45,264 nucleotides of DNA from Roseiarcus sp. (GTDB taxonomy: Bacteria; Pseudomonadota; Alphaproteobacteria; Rhizobiales; Beijerinckiaceae), in contig JASLHV010000107.1 of assembly GCA_030153205.1 (NCBI GenBank), positions 1-45,264 on the forward strand, given 5' to 3'. Positions within the stretch are counted from its first letter, which is position 1. Every line of letters starts with the position of its first letter. Shown in pieces: positions 29,275 through 40,186 of the stretch. Position numbers and translations under genes: made by a program. The notes beneath the pieces were generated by a model. That model did no database searches and was not told where the DNA came from. It was given only the letters and a program-made list of their open reading frames with translations.

Positions 29275-30441
29275 ATGCCCGATCCGACCCCTAGCGCGCT
29301 CGATATTGCGCGCGCGCTGATCGTCTGTCCTTCAGTCACGCCGGCGGAAGCCGGCGCGCTGACCTATCTGCGCGACCTTTTGGCGGGAGCCGGTTTTTCG
29401 GCGGAGATCGTCGCCTTCGAGGAGCCGGGAACGGCGAAGGTCGATAATCTCTATGCGCGCTTCGGCCGAGGCGGCCCAAATATAGTTTTCGCGGGTCATA
29501 CGGATGTCGTGCCGCCGGGCGATGTCGCCAAATGGCGCTTCGATCCTTTCTCGGGCGTGATCGCCGACGGCATGATCTGGGGTCGCGGCGCGTGCGACAT
29601 GAAGAGCGGCGTCGCCGCTTCGGTCGCCGCGGCGTTGCGCTACATCGCCCGCAAAGGGGCGTTCAAGGGATCGATCTCTTTTCTCATCACCGGCGATGAA
29701 GAAAGCGTCGCCATCAACGGGACGACCAAGCTGCTCGACTGGGCCCGGGCGAAAGGCGAGCGTTTCGACCATTGCATTCTCGGCGAGCCGACGAGCCGCG
29801 AAAAGCTCGGCGATATGATGAAACATGGGCGGCGCGGTTCGCTCACCGGGCGACTGACGCTGATCGGCAAGCAGGGCCATGTCGCCTACCCCCATCTCGC
29901 CGATAATCCTCTACGCGGCGTGGCGGCAATCCTGAATGCGCTCCATGAGCCGCCGCTCGATCAAGGCACATCGTCGTTCGACGCCTCCAATTTGGAAGTG
30001 ACCAGCGTCGATGTCGGCAATCCGGCGACGAATGTCATACCGGCCGAAGCGCGGCTCGTGTTCAATGTTCGCTTCAATGATGTTTGGACGCCGGAAACGC
30101 TGCGCGCCGAGATCACTAAGCGCGTCGCCGGCGCCGCGGGCCTGTTGCGATACGAACTTATTTTCGACTCGACCAACGCCACCGCCTTTTTGACGCCGCC
30201 CGGCGATTTCACTGACCTCGTCGCCGAGGCTGTGCATGACGTCGTCGGTCGGCAACCGGCCCTCTCGACGACCGGCGGCACGTCGGATGCGCGCTTCATC
30301 AAAAACGCCTGTCCGGTGATCGAGCTCGGTCTTGTCGGCCAGACGATGCACGGGATCGACGAACACGCCTCGATCGAAGACATCGAAGCGCTGTCGCGGA
30401 TTTACGAGCGAGCGCTGGAAAAGTATTTTGAGAAGTTCTGA
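29275..30441 (+). CDS. dapE: Succinyl-diaminopimelate desuccinylase
   Basis: [47 protein letters not shown]. Confidence 0.95.
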   Translation: MPDPTPSALDIARALIVCPSVTPAEAGALTYLRDLLAGAGFSAEIVAFEEPGTAKVDNLYARFGRGGPNIVFAGHTDVVPPGDVAKWRFDPFSGVIADGMIWGRGACDMKSGVAASVAAALRYIARKGAFKGSISFLITGDEESVAINGTTKLLDWARAKGERFDHCILGEPTSREKLGDMMKHGRRGSLTGRLTLIGKQGHVAYPHLADNPLRGVAAILNALHEPPLDQGTSSFDASNLEVTSVDVGNPATNVIPAEARLVFNVRFNDVWTPETLRAEITKRVAGAAGLLRYELIFDSTNATAFLTPPGDFTDLVAEAVHDVVGRQPALSTTGGTSDARFIKNACPVIELGLVGQTMHGIDEHASIEDIEALSRIYERALEKYFEKF

Positions 30442-30446
30442 GCCGC

Positions 30447-30593
30447 ATCCTCTCCGGAGGCAAAGCGGAACGGGGAAGGGACCATGCGAAGTATGGAGGG
30501 GGTGCGGGCGGTTGTGGATAGATCCTCACCGCCGCAGGACGCCACCACCGCGCTTCGCGCGCTCCCCTCCACCCCTTCATGCCGGAGGAAAGG
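30447..30593. repeat. Degenerate REP/RIME-like composite palindromic element
   Basis: TCCTCTCCGG...GGGACCATGCGAAGTATGGAGGGG ... CCACCGCGCTTCGCGCGCTCCCCTCC...CCGGAGGA, with nested GAA/TTC-loop hairpins, between convergent dapE and truA. Confidence 0.65.
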
Positions 30594-30601
30594 CCCCGTC
30601 C

Positions 30602-31339
30602 TCAATAATCCACCTGCGCCAGACACAAGCCTGCCGCCGGGGCCACTTGACCGCAGCGGGCGCGATCACGCGATTCGAGCGCGGCGACGAGGTCGTCGAC
30701 GCTCCATTTCCCCGCGCCGACATGTTCGAGCGATCCAACCATCGAGCGGACCTGGCGATGGAGAAAAGAGCGCGCGCTGATCCGCATATCGATACGTTCG
30801 CCGTCGCTCTCGATATCGAAACGCGACAAGGTACGGATCGGGCTCGAGGCTTGGCATTGTGAATCACGGAATGTCGAGAAGTCGTGCCGACCCAGAAGCC
30901 GCGCCGCGCCTTCGCGCATCGCCGTGACATCAAGACGGCGCTTCACCCGCCAGGCGCGCTCACGCTCGAGCGCGAGCGGCGCGCGGCGATTGACGATGCG
31001 ATAGGCATAGTGGCGCATCCGGGCGGAAAAACGCGCGTCGAAATCGCCCGCAACTTCTTCCGCGGAGAGGACAGCCACGGGTTTTGGGACGAGCAGCGCG
31101 TTCAGCGCCTCGCTCAAGCGAAAGCCGCTCCAGGATTTGGCGAGATCGATATGGGCGACTTGACCGCTGGCGTGGACGCCTGCGTCGGTGCGCCCGGCGC
31201 CATGCGCCGTGACCGCCTCCCCGCTCGCCGCGAGGATCGCCTCCTCCAGCGCCTGTTGCACGGAGAAGCCGTTCGCCTGTCTCTGCCAACCGACAAAGGG
31301 CGCGCCGTCATATTCGATCGTCAGTTTGAAACGAGGCAT
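30602..31339 (-). CDS. truA: tRNA pseudouridine(38-40) synthase
   Basis: [37 protein letters not shown]. Confidence 0.95.
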   Translation of the reverse strand: MPRFKLTIEYDGAPFVGWQRQANGFSVQQALEEAILAASGEAVTAHGAGRTDAGVHASGQVAHIDLAKSWSGFRLSEALNALLVPKPVAVLSAEEVAGDFDARFSARMRHYAYRIVNRRAPLALERERAWRVKRRLDVTAMREGAARLLGRHDFSTFRDSQCQASSPIRTLSRFDIESDGERIDMRISARSFLHRQVRSMVGSLEHVGAGKWSVDDLVAALESRDRARCGQVAPAAGLCLAQVDY

Positions 31340-31386
31340 TGTTTTCTCAGGCGAGTCGGAAGTCACGCATGGCGCCGAAATACGTA

Positions 31387-31414
31387 CCCTTTCTCGGCCA
31401 GAGCGGGGAGAGGG
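31387..31414. repeat. REP-like hairpin
   Basis: CCCTTTCTC-N9-GGGGAGAGGG. Confidence 0.45.
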
Positions 31415-31474
31415 GGCCTAAACGCAACACTTTTTCTCACCGCGCTGCTCCTTTGCAATCGGTCATGCGCGCCA

Positions 31475-32083
31475 TCACACTCTTCCCGATCGCAGCGCCC
31501 TCAAAGCCAACGCGATAATACGCTCGAATCGCCCTTCTAACGCGGAAGCTTGAGTCTGGGCGTCGAGACGCACCGCGATTGGATGGATGAAACGATGGGC
31601 AGCGTCGAAGATGAGCGCAAGCGCGCGCCGACGATCGCTCATCGCAAAAGCGCCCGAGGCGATCCCTTCTTCGACGACGCGCTGGATGTCGGCCTGCACG
31701 CGACCGCGATGTTTGCGCGCGCTGCCTTTGCCTTTCTCCAACGCTTCGACCAGCAAATTGAAAATCGCGGCGTCATTGTCCAGTTTCTGCCGGTACGCGC
31801 GATGGATCGCCAACAGCATGCGCTCGAGTTTGTCATAGGCGGGGTCGGCGCCATCGGCGGCTTCGCGTAGGCGCGCCTCCAGCGGACGCAGCCATGAGGT
31901 GGTCATCTCTTCGAAAAGCGCCTCTTTCGACGCAAAATAGCGATAGACATTCGCATGGGTCATGCCGGCCTCTTGGGCGATGCCGACGATCGTCGTTCGC
32001 GATGGGCCAAACTTACGCACATGCTCGCGCGCAATCTCCATGACGCGCGCTTCCACGGGTTCGGTTGATTGGGTTCGGGGCAA
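31475..32083 (-). CDS. TetR/AcrR family transcriptional regulator
   Basis: TTIVGIAQEAGMTHANVYRYFASKEAL. Confidence 0.92.
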   Translation of the reverse strand: MPRTQSTEPVEARVMEIAREHVRKFGPSRTTIVGIAQEAGMTHANVYRYFASKEALFEEMTTSWLRPLEARLREAADGADPAYDKLERMLLAIHRAYRQKLDNDAAIFNLLVEALEKGKGSARKHRGRVQADIQRVVEEGIASGAFAMSDRRRALALIFDAAHRFIHPIAVRLDAQTQASALEGRFERIIALALRALRSGRV

Positions 32084-32150
32084 ATGCGGCTTCCAGCGCC
32101 CGCTGAGGGCCGACGTTTCATGCTCCCATAAAACGGCGCCTCAATCCAGT

Positions 32151-33323
32151 TCAGGTTTCGACGAGGCCGCCGAGATCGCCGGAGACCGAAGCGCCGCCAT
32201 GACCATGCGCGAGGGCAAGGTAATCGGCCGAGCGCATCTCGATGAGGCGCGAGGCGGTGCGGGCGAATTCAAAAGCTTCGTAGCCTTCGCTTCCCGCAAA
32301 AAGTTTCTCGGGCTCCGCTGCGGCGGACGCGACGAGTTTGACGCGCTGATCGTAAAGCGTGTCGATCAGATTGATGAAACGCTTGACCTCGTTGCGCCGC
32401 TCCGGATCGAGCACGGGAATGCCGTCGATGAAGATCGTATGATAGCGCCGCGCGATGGCCAGAAAGTCCGCCGAGCCGAGCGGCTTCTGACAGAGATCCG
32501 CGTAGGCGAAGCGCGCGACGCCGTCATCGGCCTCGGGAATGTCGAGTTCCCGGCCAAGCAAAACGATTTTTGACGGCGCGCCGCGCGGATGGCCCGTCAA
32601 ACCCACGAAGGCGCGATCAAGCGCGATCTTGGCTGCGGCGTCAGCGGGACAATAGTAAACCGGCGCGCGGGCCAGCTTTTCGAGACGGTAGTCGGCGCGG
32701 GCTTTCAGCTCTCGTACCTCGACCCGTTCGTGCAGAAGCGCGATGAAAGGGAGGAAAAGAGCGCGATTGAGCCCGTCTTTGTAAAGATCGTCCGGCGCGA
32801 CGTTCGATGTCGCCACGACGACGACGCCGGCGGCGAACAAAGCCGCGAAAAGGCGGCTAAGGATCATCGCGTCTGCAATGTCGTTGACGCTGAATTCGTC
32901 GAAGCACAAAAGCCAAGCTTCGGCGGCAAGATCGGCTGCAACCGGCGCGATCGGATCGTCGCCGGAGGTGCGCCCGGATTTGGCCTGGGTCCGCCATTCA
33001 TGGATTCGGGCGTGAACATCGGCCATGAAGGCGTGAAAATGCACGCGTCGCTTCGACGTCGTCGGCGCGGTGTCGAAAAAGAGATCCATCAGCAGCGTTT
33101 TGCCGCGGCCGACCGCGCCATAGATGTAAAGCCCGCGCGGCGTCTCGACATGTCGGTGCCCGATGAACCAGGCAAGGCCGTTCCCGCGCCGCGGCGGACT
33201 GTAATTTTCCAAGCGCCGCCCAAGCGCCGTCATTTCGTCGACCATCGCGCTTTGCGCGGGATCAAGTTCAAGTCGTCCGGCGACGACAAGCGCGTCGTAA
33301 CGAGTTCTCAGAGCGATGTTCAT
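32151..33323 (-). CDS. zapE: AFG1/ZapE family ATPase
   Basis: GLYIYGAVGRGKT, RVHFHAFM, LLCFDEF, LYKDGLNR, RTASRLIEM. Confidence 0.92.
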   Translation of the reverse strand: MNIALRTRYDALVVAGRLELDPAQSAMVDEMTALGRRLENYSPPRRGNGLAWFIGHRHVETPRGLYIYGAVGRGKTLLMDLFFDTAPTTSKRRVHFHAFMADVHARIHEWRTQAKSGRTSGDDPIAPVAADLAAEAWLLCFDEFSVNDIADAMILSRLFAALFAAGVVVVATSNVAPDDLYKDGLNRALFLPFIALLHERVEVRELKARADYRLEKLARAPVYYCPADAAAKIALDRAFVGLTGHPRGAPSKIVLLGRELDIPEADDGVARFAYADLCQKPLGSADFLAIARRYHTIFIDGIPVLDPERRNEVKRFINLIDTLYDQRVKLVASAAAEPEKLFAGSEGYEAFEFARTASRLIEMRSADYLALAHGHGGASVSGDLGGLVET

Positions 33324-33519
33324 GTCGAAAGAGCTTTACGCGGGCGGGAGATCATTATGGCGAACATAAGCAAGCGATTTGTCGAATGTGTTATTTTTGC
33401 CAAAACAAGGAACAATCTTTTAGGGCCTCTTGCGTTCCAACACAGTTTCGTGAAGGTTTGAAACCCGGCGCTTCCCGAACTGGTCTTGGGGGCCAGTTTG
33501 CGAGGAGGCTGCTCGGCCG

Positions 33520-34386
33520 ATGCTTCATATCATTCGCGCGGCGTTTGTAACCGGACTTTCTCTTGTCGCTTGTGCGGAATTGAAGGCGGCGCCGATCGAC
33601 GGCCTCCCCGCTGCGGCGCACGTGCTGACGCCAACGACGCCGGTCGTCGTATTCGGCCCTGAAGCCCGGCTAACCGCTCTGGAATTTGCGGCGCGTAATC
33701 ATTTGAACGCCGGCGATGTGATGCGGCGTCACGCCGCTTCCGGGGTCATTCATTGTGGCAATGCGCGCGGCGCCGGCCAACTGACCCTTTCGAACAGCGT
33801 CATCACGACCGCCTCCCATGTCCTTTTCGATGAGGACGGCAAATTGCGCGGCGACAGCGGTCATTGCGTCTTTACCGCGACCGTCGACGGCCAGGCGGTG
33901 ACGACATCGATCGACGTTTCCTCCATCGTCGCGGGCGACAAACAGCCCTATTCCCATCCGGCCGTGCATGATTGGGCCGTGGCGCGGCTCCTGCGCCCGG
34001 TTTTGGGCGCAACGCCTTACATTTTCGGTCCCCGCGCTCAGGCCGGGTCGGCGATAGAATTCGTCGCGCGCGGCCATAGCGATTGGGGCTCCGGCAGCGC
34101 GATGTCGATGGAAGACTGCAAATTGCGCGACCTGCTCTCGACAGGCGCCGAAGGCACGCGGGAATTCTCCTTCGATTGCGACGCCGGGGTCGGCGCTTCA
34201 GGCGGCGCAGTGATGACCACCAGCGGCCGGCTTCTTGGCGTTTTCGTCGGCTATCGCTCGGTGGCGCCGGACAAGGCGATGCCCTTCTCGACCCAGCATT
34301 ACAATTTCGCCGTATCGGTCGACGGCGCCTTCCGCAAAGCGGTCGAAACGGTCGCGGGAACGCCGACGGCTTTGTCGTCGCGGTGA
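33520..34386 (+). CDS. Secreted trypsin-like (S1) serine peptidase
   Basis: Signal peptide; triad motifs TASH, HDWAV and CDAGVGASGG. Confidence 0.75.
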   Translation: MLHIIRAAFVTGLSLVACAELKAAPIDGLPAAAHVLTPTTPVVVFGPEARLTALEFAARNHLNAGDVMRRHAASGVIHCGNARGAGQLTLSNSVITTASHVLFDEDGKLRGDSGHCVFTATVDGQAVTTSIDVSSIVAGDKQPYSHPAVHDWAVARLLRPVLGATPYIFGPRAQAGSAIEFVARGHSDWGSGSAMSMEDCKLRDLLSTGAEGTREFSFDCDAGVGASGGAVMTTSGRLLGVFVGYRSVAPDKAMPFSTQHYNFAVSVDGAFRKAVETVAGTPTALSSR

Positions 34387-34417
34387 GAACCGCTGCGTCT
34401 CGAGCTTAGGCCGCGCG

Positions 34418-36793
34418 TCACTTCGGACGAAACACGAATTCGCTCGCGCCGCGCCGCTTCAAATCCTCTTCCGCGCCCGCGAGCGTGATCGCCTTTACAT
34501 CGTTCCACAACGGAACGAGATCGCCGTAGTGCGCCGAAAAGATATGCCCGGACTCGCCTGTCGCGATCATGAAACGCGACTTGTCCGGATCACCCAAATC
34601 ATAGATGCCGCGATAGCCCGCCGCATGGGTACGCGCAAACGGATGGTCGGGCAGCGGCGGATTACCGCCGCCGCGATCGAGCGCGTAATAGTCGCCGCTG
34701 CTGCGCACGCTCAAATCGCTCAAGCGATCGAAGAGCGGCAGATGACTGTAGAACCGATGGGTCAGCAGCGAGACATGCTCGTCGCCCCATCGCCATTTAT
34801 TCACATCATCGCCGTCGCGTTTGCTGAGCTTGTCGAGCGCCCGATCGAGCGCCCGCGTGATCGCGTGGCGGCAGTCTGGATCAGGACCTTTGATCCCATC
34901 GCACCATTGCGGATGATCCTTGAGTAGAGAGGCGACAGTCGCCGCCGCGAAAGCGCCCTTCTCCTCCAACTTCAGGCCGAGCTTCTCGTCGATCAGGATC
35001 AGCCGCATTTCGCGCATCCACGCGTCGAAGATCAGCGGCTCCGGCCGGTCCTTATCCATTGCGCCATCCCATTTGGCGAGAAGCGCCAGCGCCTGTTTGC
35101 CGCGTTCATTGGACGGCGTCGCCAGCGCGGCGAAAGGGAGAAGCTCCTTGGCGGCGAGCGAGATCAGATCGCCCTGCATCGCGGCGGCTGTGTCGAGACT
35201 GTGCTTGTCGGTTGCGTCGAAGAATTGTTGCAGGCGTTCCGCGCGGTACGGCTCCTCCCAATCCTGGCCGAGATAGGGATCATTGTCCGGCGCGACGATT
35301 GCGTTGTTGGCGTTGAAAAAGAAGCCGCTTGGCGGATTGAAAAGCTGCGGCATTTTCTCGAAAGGCGCATAGCCGGTCCAATCATAGGCGCCCGAGGCGC
35401 CGTCCACCGGCGCAAGGCCGTCGCCCGATTTGCGGATCGGCAGTAAAGCCGGACTGATGAAACCGATATTGCCGTCGACATCGGCGAAGACGATGTTCTG
35501 CTCAGGCGTCTGCAGCAATTTGAGCGCATCGCGAAATTGGTCCCAATTCTTCGCGCGATCGACGCGAAGCAGCGCCGCGACGGACGTGTCCTTGTCGCCG
35601 AGCGCATTGTAGGCCAGCGCAACGACCTTCCCGGCGCTGGCAAGCGGCGCAAGATCCGACTCGGCATCGGAGAGAACGGGACCATGGCGCGTCGATCGCA
35701 TTTTGAGGACGACATCCGCGCCGCCTTTCACGCGTATCGTCTCCTGGTGCGTCTCGAAGGGCTTGGGACCATCGGGCGTAAGGTACCGGCTTGAGTCGCT
35801 GGGATCGATCGTCTCGATAAAGAGATCCTGCACATCCGAGCCGGTATTGGTGAAGCCCCAAGCGATGCGATCGTTCTGCCCAAGAACGACGATCGGCGAA
35901 CCGGGCAGCGAGGCGCCTTTCAGCCAGCCGTCGGGCGTCACGATACGCGCGAGGTACCAAACGATCGGGGCCTGAATGCCGAGATGCGGGTCGTTGGCGA
36001 GGATCGGCTTGCCGGTCGCGGTATGAGCGCCCGCGACGACCCATTCGTTCGAGGCGCCATGCGCGAAGGGCAGAATTTCGCCGAGTTTTTCCAACGGGGA
36101 CACGGCGTCGGCATGCCTCGCGTTAGCGACCGGCGCGGTGGTGATCGGCGCGCCGTCCGGCGGCATCGGATAAAGAAGACGGGCTTGGTCCGGCGGCAGT
36201 TTCGCCGCGAGCATCGCCCGGTCGATCTCGACTTTGTAATTATTGCTGAGTTGCAGGCTCAGAAGCTTGCCCGCCACCAAAGTATCGGCCGGTCGCCACG
36301 GTTCGGGCTCGTCCCCGAGAAGGAGAAACTGCGGCGGCAATTTGCCACGATGAGAGTCCAGGAAAGCATTGACGCCGTCGGCATAGGCTTGGACCGTCGC
36401 TTGATCATCGGGCGCAAAAGCGGCGAAGCTACTCTCCGCCAGCCGATAGAAGCCTAAAGTGCGGAGATATTTGTCGACGCCCAAGAGATCGGCGCCGAGG
36501 ATTTCCGCCAAGCGGCCCTGCCCGGCGCGCCGCTGAATCTCCATTTCAAAGAAGCGTTCGCTGGCGTGAAGATAGCCGAGCGCCCTCGCCGCATCGTCCC
36601 GCGTCGCCGCAAAAATGTGCGGTACGCCATAGGAATCGCGATAGACGCGCGCTTCCGCCGTCAGACCCGACAGGGTCGCTGCGCCCTCGTAATCGGGCAT
36701 CGAGCGATAGAACAGCGCGCCGACCGCGCCGACCGCCAGGACGACCAATGCAACGACGACAATCAGCGCCCATTTGACGATGCGAAGGAGCAT
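34418..36793 (-). CDS. Penicillin acylase family Ntn-hydrolase
   Basis: RDSYGVPHI, GASNEWVV (nucleophile Ser), ANDPHL, STRHGP, GESGH; N-terminal TM anchor. Confidence 0.93.
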   Translation of the reverse strand: MLLRIVKWALIVVVALVVLAVGAVGALFYRSMPDYEGAATLSGLTAEARVYRDSYGVPHIFAATRDDAARALGYLHASERFFEMEIQRRAGQGRLAEILGADLLGVDKYLRTLGFYRLAESSFAAFAPDDQATVQAYADGVNAFLDSHRGKLPPQFLLLGDEPEPWRPADTLVAGKLLSLQLSNNYKVEIDRAMLAAKLPPDQARLLYPMPPDGAPITTAPVANARHADAVSPLEKLGEILPFAHGASNEWVVAGAHTATGKPILANDPHLGIQAPIVWYLARIVTPDGWLKGASLPGSPIVVLGQNDRIAWGFTNTGSDVQDLFIETIDPSDSSRYLTPDGPKPFETHQETIRVKGGADVVLKMRSTRHGPVLSDAESDLAPLASAGKVVALAYNALGDKDTSVAALLRVDRAKNWDQFRDALKLLQTPEQNIVFADVDGNIGFISPALLPIRKSGDGLAPVDGASGAYDWTGYAPFEKMPQLFNPPSGFFFNANNAIVAPDNDPYLGQDWEEPYRAERLQQFFDATDKHSLDTAAAMQGDLISLAAKELLPFAALATPSNERGKQALALLAKWDGAMDKDRPEPLIFDAWMREMRLILIDEKLGLKLEEKGAFAAATVASLLKDHPQWCDGIKGPDPDCRHAITRALDRALDKLSKRDGDDVNKWRWGDEHVSLLTHRFYSHLPLFDRLSDLSVRSSGDYYALDRGGGNPPLPDHPFARTHAAGYRGIYDLGDPDKSRFMIATGESGHIFSAHYGDLVPLWNDVKAITLAGAEEDLKRRGASEFVFRPK

Positions 36794-37042
36794 TGAACAT
36801 TCCTGGCTGAGCGCCGCTTGCTCGCCTCGACGCTCGGTCAGTCAAGCGCGTTTGCCTTTCATTGTCACGCGAGCGCCGAATGTGGCTATTGTCGTTTCGT
36901 ATAACTGGCGGTGATGGCGGCGGCCCAGGAATCAATATGACGCGCGAAGGTCCGCGGCCTTAAGGGAGCCGCTGGGGTCGGAAGCACTGGCGCTTGACGA
37001 AAGGATGACGCCTCGGCTCTTGTGTCTTCATGACCGCTATAG

Positions 37043-37058
37043 GATTGTCCGAACAATC
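37043..37058. promoter_or_regulatory. Palindromic operator candidate upstream of the ABC operon
   Basis: GATTGT-CCGA-ACAATC immediately after a CTATAG -10-like hexamer. Confidence 0.5.
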
Positions 37059-37094
37059 ATTTTTGTCTTCGTCTTTCGGGAGGAATCGTTCGAG

Positions 37095-38270
37095 ATGTTC
37101 AAATTGGTTTTGACCATTGGCGTCGCGGCCGGCGTTGGCATGGCCGCGAGCACGGCTCTCGCTGACGACGACGTCGTCAATATCGGTATGATCTTGCCGA
37201 TGACCGGCCCTTCGGCCAGCACCGGCAAGCAAGAGCAGGCCGGCGCGCAGCTTTATATCCAGCAGCATGGCGACACCGTCGCGGGCAAGAAGATCGCCTT
37301 GATCGTCAAGGACGACACCGGCGCGCCGGACGTAACAAAACGCATTGCGCAAGAACTCATCGGCAATGACAAAGCCAAAGTCCTCATCGGCTTCGGCTTG
37401 ACGCCGCTCGCCTTGGCGGTCGCGCCCATAGCCACGGAAGCAAAAGTGCCTGAGATCGTCAGCGCCGCCGGCACTGCGATGATCACTGAGAAATCGCCGT
37501 TCATCCTGCGCACGTCGTTCACGCTGCCGCAGGCCGCCGAGCCGATGGCGGAATGGGCTCTGAAGAACAACATCCACAAAGTCGTGTCGATCGTCACCGA
37601 TTACGGTCCCGGCATCGATGCGGAAAAATGGTTCAGCGATCCCTTCGCAAAAGGCGGCGGAACCGTGGTCGAGAAAATTCGCGTGCCGCTCAAGAATCCG
37701 GACTTCGCGCCCTTCCTACAACGCGTGAAGGACGACGCGCCGGACGCGGTCTTCGTTTTCGTCCCTTCGGGTTTCGGCGCCGCATTCATGAAGCAATTCG
37801 CCGATCGCGGCCTCACCGCCTCCGGAATCAAGTTGATCGGCACCGGCGACGTAACCGACGACGACCTCCTTCCGGCGATCGGCGATCCAGCACTGGGCGC
37901 GGTCACCACGCACCATTATTCGGCGGCGCACGATTCGCCCGAGAACAAGACTTTCGTCGCCGATTTTGAAAAGGCCAATAATGGCATGCGCCCAAATTTC
38001 ATGGCCGTCGGCGCGTACGACGGCATGGCGCTCATCTACCATGCGCTGGAGGCGACCAAAGGCTCCGCCGACGGCGAGGCTCTCCTCGCGGCGATGAAAG
38101 GCGCGAAATGGACGAGCCCCCGCGGCCCGGTCTCGATCGACCCCGACACGCGCGACATCATCCAGAACATCTACGTACGAAAAGTCGAGAAAGTCGACGG
38201 CCAGCTTTATAATGTCGAGTTCGACAAGATCGAGGCCGTGAAGGATCCATTCAAAGCCGCGGGGAATTGA
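37095..38270 (+). CDS. LIV/HAAT-type ABC transporter substrate-binding protein
   Basis: Signal peptide, IGMILPMTGP, KDDTG, DYGPG, SPRGP; RBS GGGAGG. Confidence 0.92.
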   Translation: MFKLVLTIGVAAGVGMAASTALADDDVVNIGMILPMTGPSASTGKQEQAGAQLYIQQHGDTVAGKKIALIVKDDTGAPDVTKRIAQELIGNDKAKVLIGFGLTPLALAVAPIATEAKVPEIVSAAGTAMITEKSPFILRTSFTLPQAAEPMAEWALKNNIHKVVSIVTDYGPGIDAEKWFSDPFAKGGGTVVEKIRVPLKNPDFAPFLQRVKDDAPDAVFVFVPSGFGAAFMKQFADRGLTASGIKLIGTGDVTDDDLLPAIGDPALGAVTTHHYSAAHDSPENKTFVADFEKANNGMRPNFMAVGAYDGMALIYHALEATKGSADGEALLAAMKGAKWTSPRGPVSIDPDTRDIIQNIYVRKVEKVDGQLYNVEFDKIEAVKDPFKAAGN

Positions 38271-38277
38271 CCCTGTT

Positions 38278-38302
38278 TCCTCCCCCGCTTCGCAGGGGAG
38301 GA
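38278..38302. repeat. REP-like hairpin between SBP and permease genes
   Basis: TCCTCCCCCGC-TTC-GCAGGGGAGGA. Confidence 0.55.
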
Positions 38303-38324
38303 TTTGCGGCGGGGAGCCTGAGAC

Positions 38325-39185
38325 GTGCTGACCATCCTCTTCGACGGCGTCGCTTACGGCATGTTGCTGTTCCTCCTCGCCTGCGGCCTGTCGGTCACGC
38401 TCGGCCTGATGAATTTCGTCAATCTCGCACACGGCGCCTTCGCTATGGCGGGCGGCTATGCGGCTGCGGTTCTGATGAATCGCTACAACGTTCCCTTCCT
38501 CGCAACCCTGCCGGTCGCCTTTGCTTTTGCGGCAATCCTTGGCGTCATCCTCGAGCGAACGCTTTATCGCCGGCTTTATGGGGCGAGCCATCTCGACCAG
38601 GTCCTCTTCACCATCGGCCTCGTCTTCATGGCCATGCCGATCGCCAATTACTTTCTCGGCGATCAGCCGCAGCCGGTTCGTGTGCCGGCGTTCCTCTCCG
38701 GTCGGCTGGAAATCGGCGGGGTCGGAATCGGCGTGTACCGTCTTTTCATCATCGCGATCTGCGGCGCGATCGCCGGCGGCCTTCAGGCCTTTCTGATTGG
38801 CACCCGATTCGGCGCGCAATTGCGGGCGGCGGTCGATGATCGGCGCGTCGCCAGCGGCCTCGGCATTAATGTCGATCTGCTCTTCGCCGTGACATTCGCG
38901 ATTGGAAGCGGTCTTGCCGGCCTTGGCGGGGCGCTCGCCGCCGATCTCATCGGCGGCATTGATCCGAGCTTTCCTGTCAAGTTCATGGTGTCGTTCCTGA
39001 TCGTCGTCGCAATCGGCGGCTCCAATGGGATCATCGGCGCTTTAGCAGGCGCGCTTTTACTCGGCGTTCTCGACGTCGCCGGAAAATATTACGTACCGTC
39101 GATCGGCGCTTTCATCATCTATGCCGTCATGGTGGCGACGCTGATCATCCGTCCGCAAGGTCTCTTCTCCCGGAGCGGACGGTGA
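38325..39185 (+). CDS. LivH-like ABC permease
   Basis: GLSVTLGLMNFVNLAHG, TRFGAQLRA, RPQGLF. Confidence 0.92.
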   Translation: MLTILFDGVAYGMLLFLLACGLSVTLGLMNFVNLAHGAFAMAGGYAAAVLMNRYNVPFLATLPVAFAFAAILGVILERTLYRRLYGASHLDQVLFTIGLVFMAMPIANYFLGDQPQPVRVPAFLSGRLEIGGVGIGVYRLFIIAICGAIAGGLQAFLIGTRFGAQLRAAVDDRRVASGLGINVDLLFAVTFAIGSGLAGLGGALAADLIGGIDPSFPVKFMVSFLIVVAIGGSNGIIGALAGALLLGVLDVAGKYYVPSIGAFIIYAVMVATLIIRPQGLFSRSGR

Positions 39186-40186
39186 GTGCGGCCTCGGCAG
39201 GCGCGGTCGCCGCGCATCTCAATCGCGGCGCCCGGTGGCGGCCGATCGAGATATTCTGCTGGCTGACAATCCTCGTCGCAATCTTTGCTTTTCCCTCCCG
39301 CGCTCTGCTCATCAACGAGATCCTGCTAGGCGGGCTTTTCGCCCTCTCGCTCGATCTCGTCCTCGGTTTTGCCGGCATTGTCTCGCTCGGCCACGCGGCC
39401 TTCTTCGGCGTCGGTGCTTACGCCGCCGGCATAATCGCCAATACAGGCCTCGCCGATCCCCTGCCCGGCCTCGTCATCGCCAGCCTGATCGCCGGCGCAT
39501 TCGGTCTCATCACCGCGCCATTGCTGCTACGCGGCTCCGATCTGACCCGGCTTATGGTCACGCTCGGCATTGCGCTTTTGCTCGGCGAACTCGCCAATCG
39601 CAATTCATGGGTAACCGGCGGCGCCGACGGGCTCAGTATTACCTTGAAGCCGGTTCTCGGCCTGTTTCGGATCGATTTCATGGGCCAGCGCAATGCGGCG
39701 CTTTATAGTTTCATCGTACTCTTTCTCTTGTTCGCGCTGGCGCGACGGCTGGTGCAATCCCCCTTCGGCCTTTCGGTGCGCGCGCTGAAAGAAAACCGTC
39801 TTCGCTCGGGCGCGCTTGGCATATCGGCGGCAAGCCGCCTTGTCGCGATCTATGGGATCGCGGCCGCCTATGCTGGCGCTGCAGGGGCGCTGGTCGCGCA
39901 GACGACCGGGCTCGTCTCCCTCGACGTTTTTGACTTCCACCGTTCCGCCGATGTCATGCTGATGCTGATCATCGGCGGCGCTGGCTATCTCTATGGCGGC
40001 CTGATCGGCGCGGCTTTCTTCATCGCTCTGAAAGACGGCGTCTCGAGTGCGACGCCGGAATATTGGGAATTCTGGATCGGCCTGCCGCTCGTCATACTCG
40101 TGATCGTCGGCCGCGACCGCATCGGTGCGTCGATCGCGAACCTTGTCAAAGGGGCGACAAAAGCGATCGGTAGAACGAGGCCATGA
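39182..40186 (+). CDS. LivM-like ABC permease
   Basis: LDLVLGFAGIVSLGHAAFFG, TGGADG, SPFG. Confidence 0.92.
   Translation: MSAASAGAVAAHLNRGARWRPIEIFCWLTILVAIFAFPSRALLINEILLGGLFALSLDLVLGFAGIVSLGHAAFFGVGAYAAGIIANTGLADPLPGLVIASLIAGAFGLITAPLLLRGSDLTRLMVTLGIALLLGELANRNSWVTGGADGLSITLKPVLGLFRIDFMGQRNAALYSFIVLFLLFALARRLVQSPFGLSVRALKENRLRSGALGISAASRLVAIYGIAAAYAGAAGALVAQTTGLVSLDVFDFHRSADVMLMLIIGGAGYLYGGLIGAAFFIALKDGVSSATPEYWEFWIGLPLVILVIVGRDRIGASIANLVKGATKAIGRTRP

Noticed and set aside
30332..30862. ORFs crossing the dapE-truA intergenic region
   Set aside because: They arise from the REP-like element and the truA antisense strand
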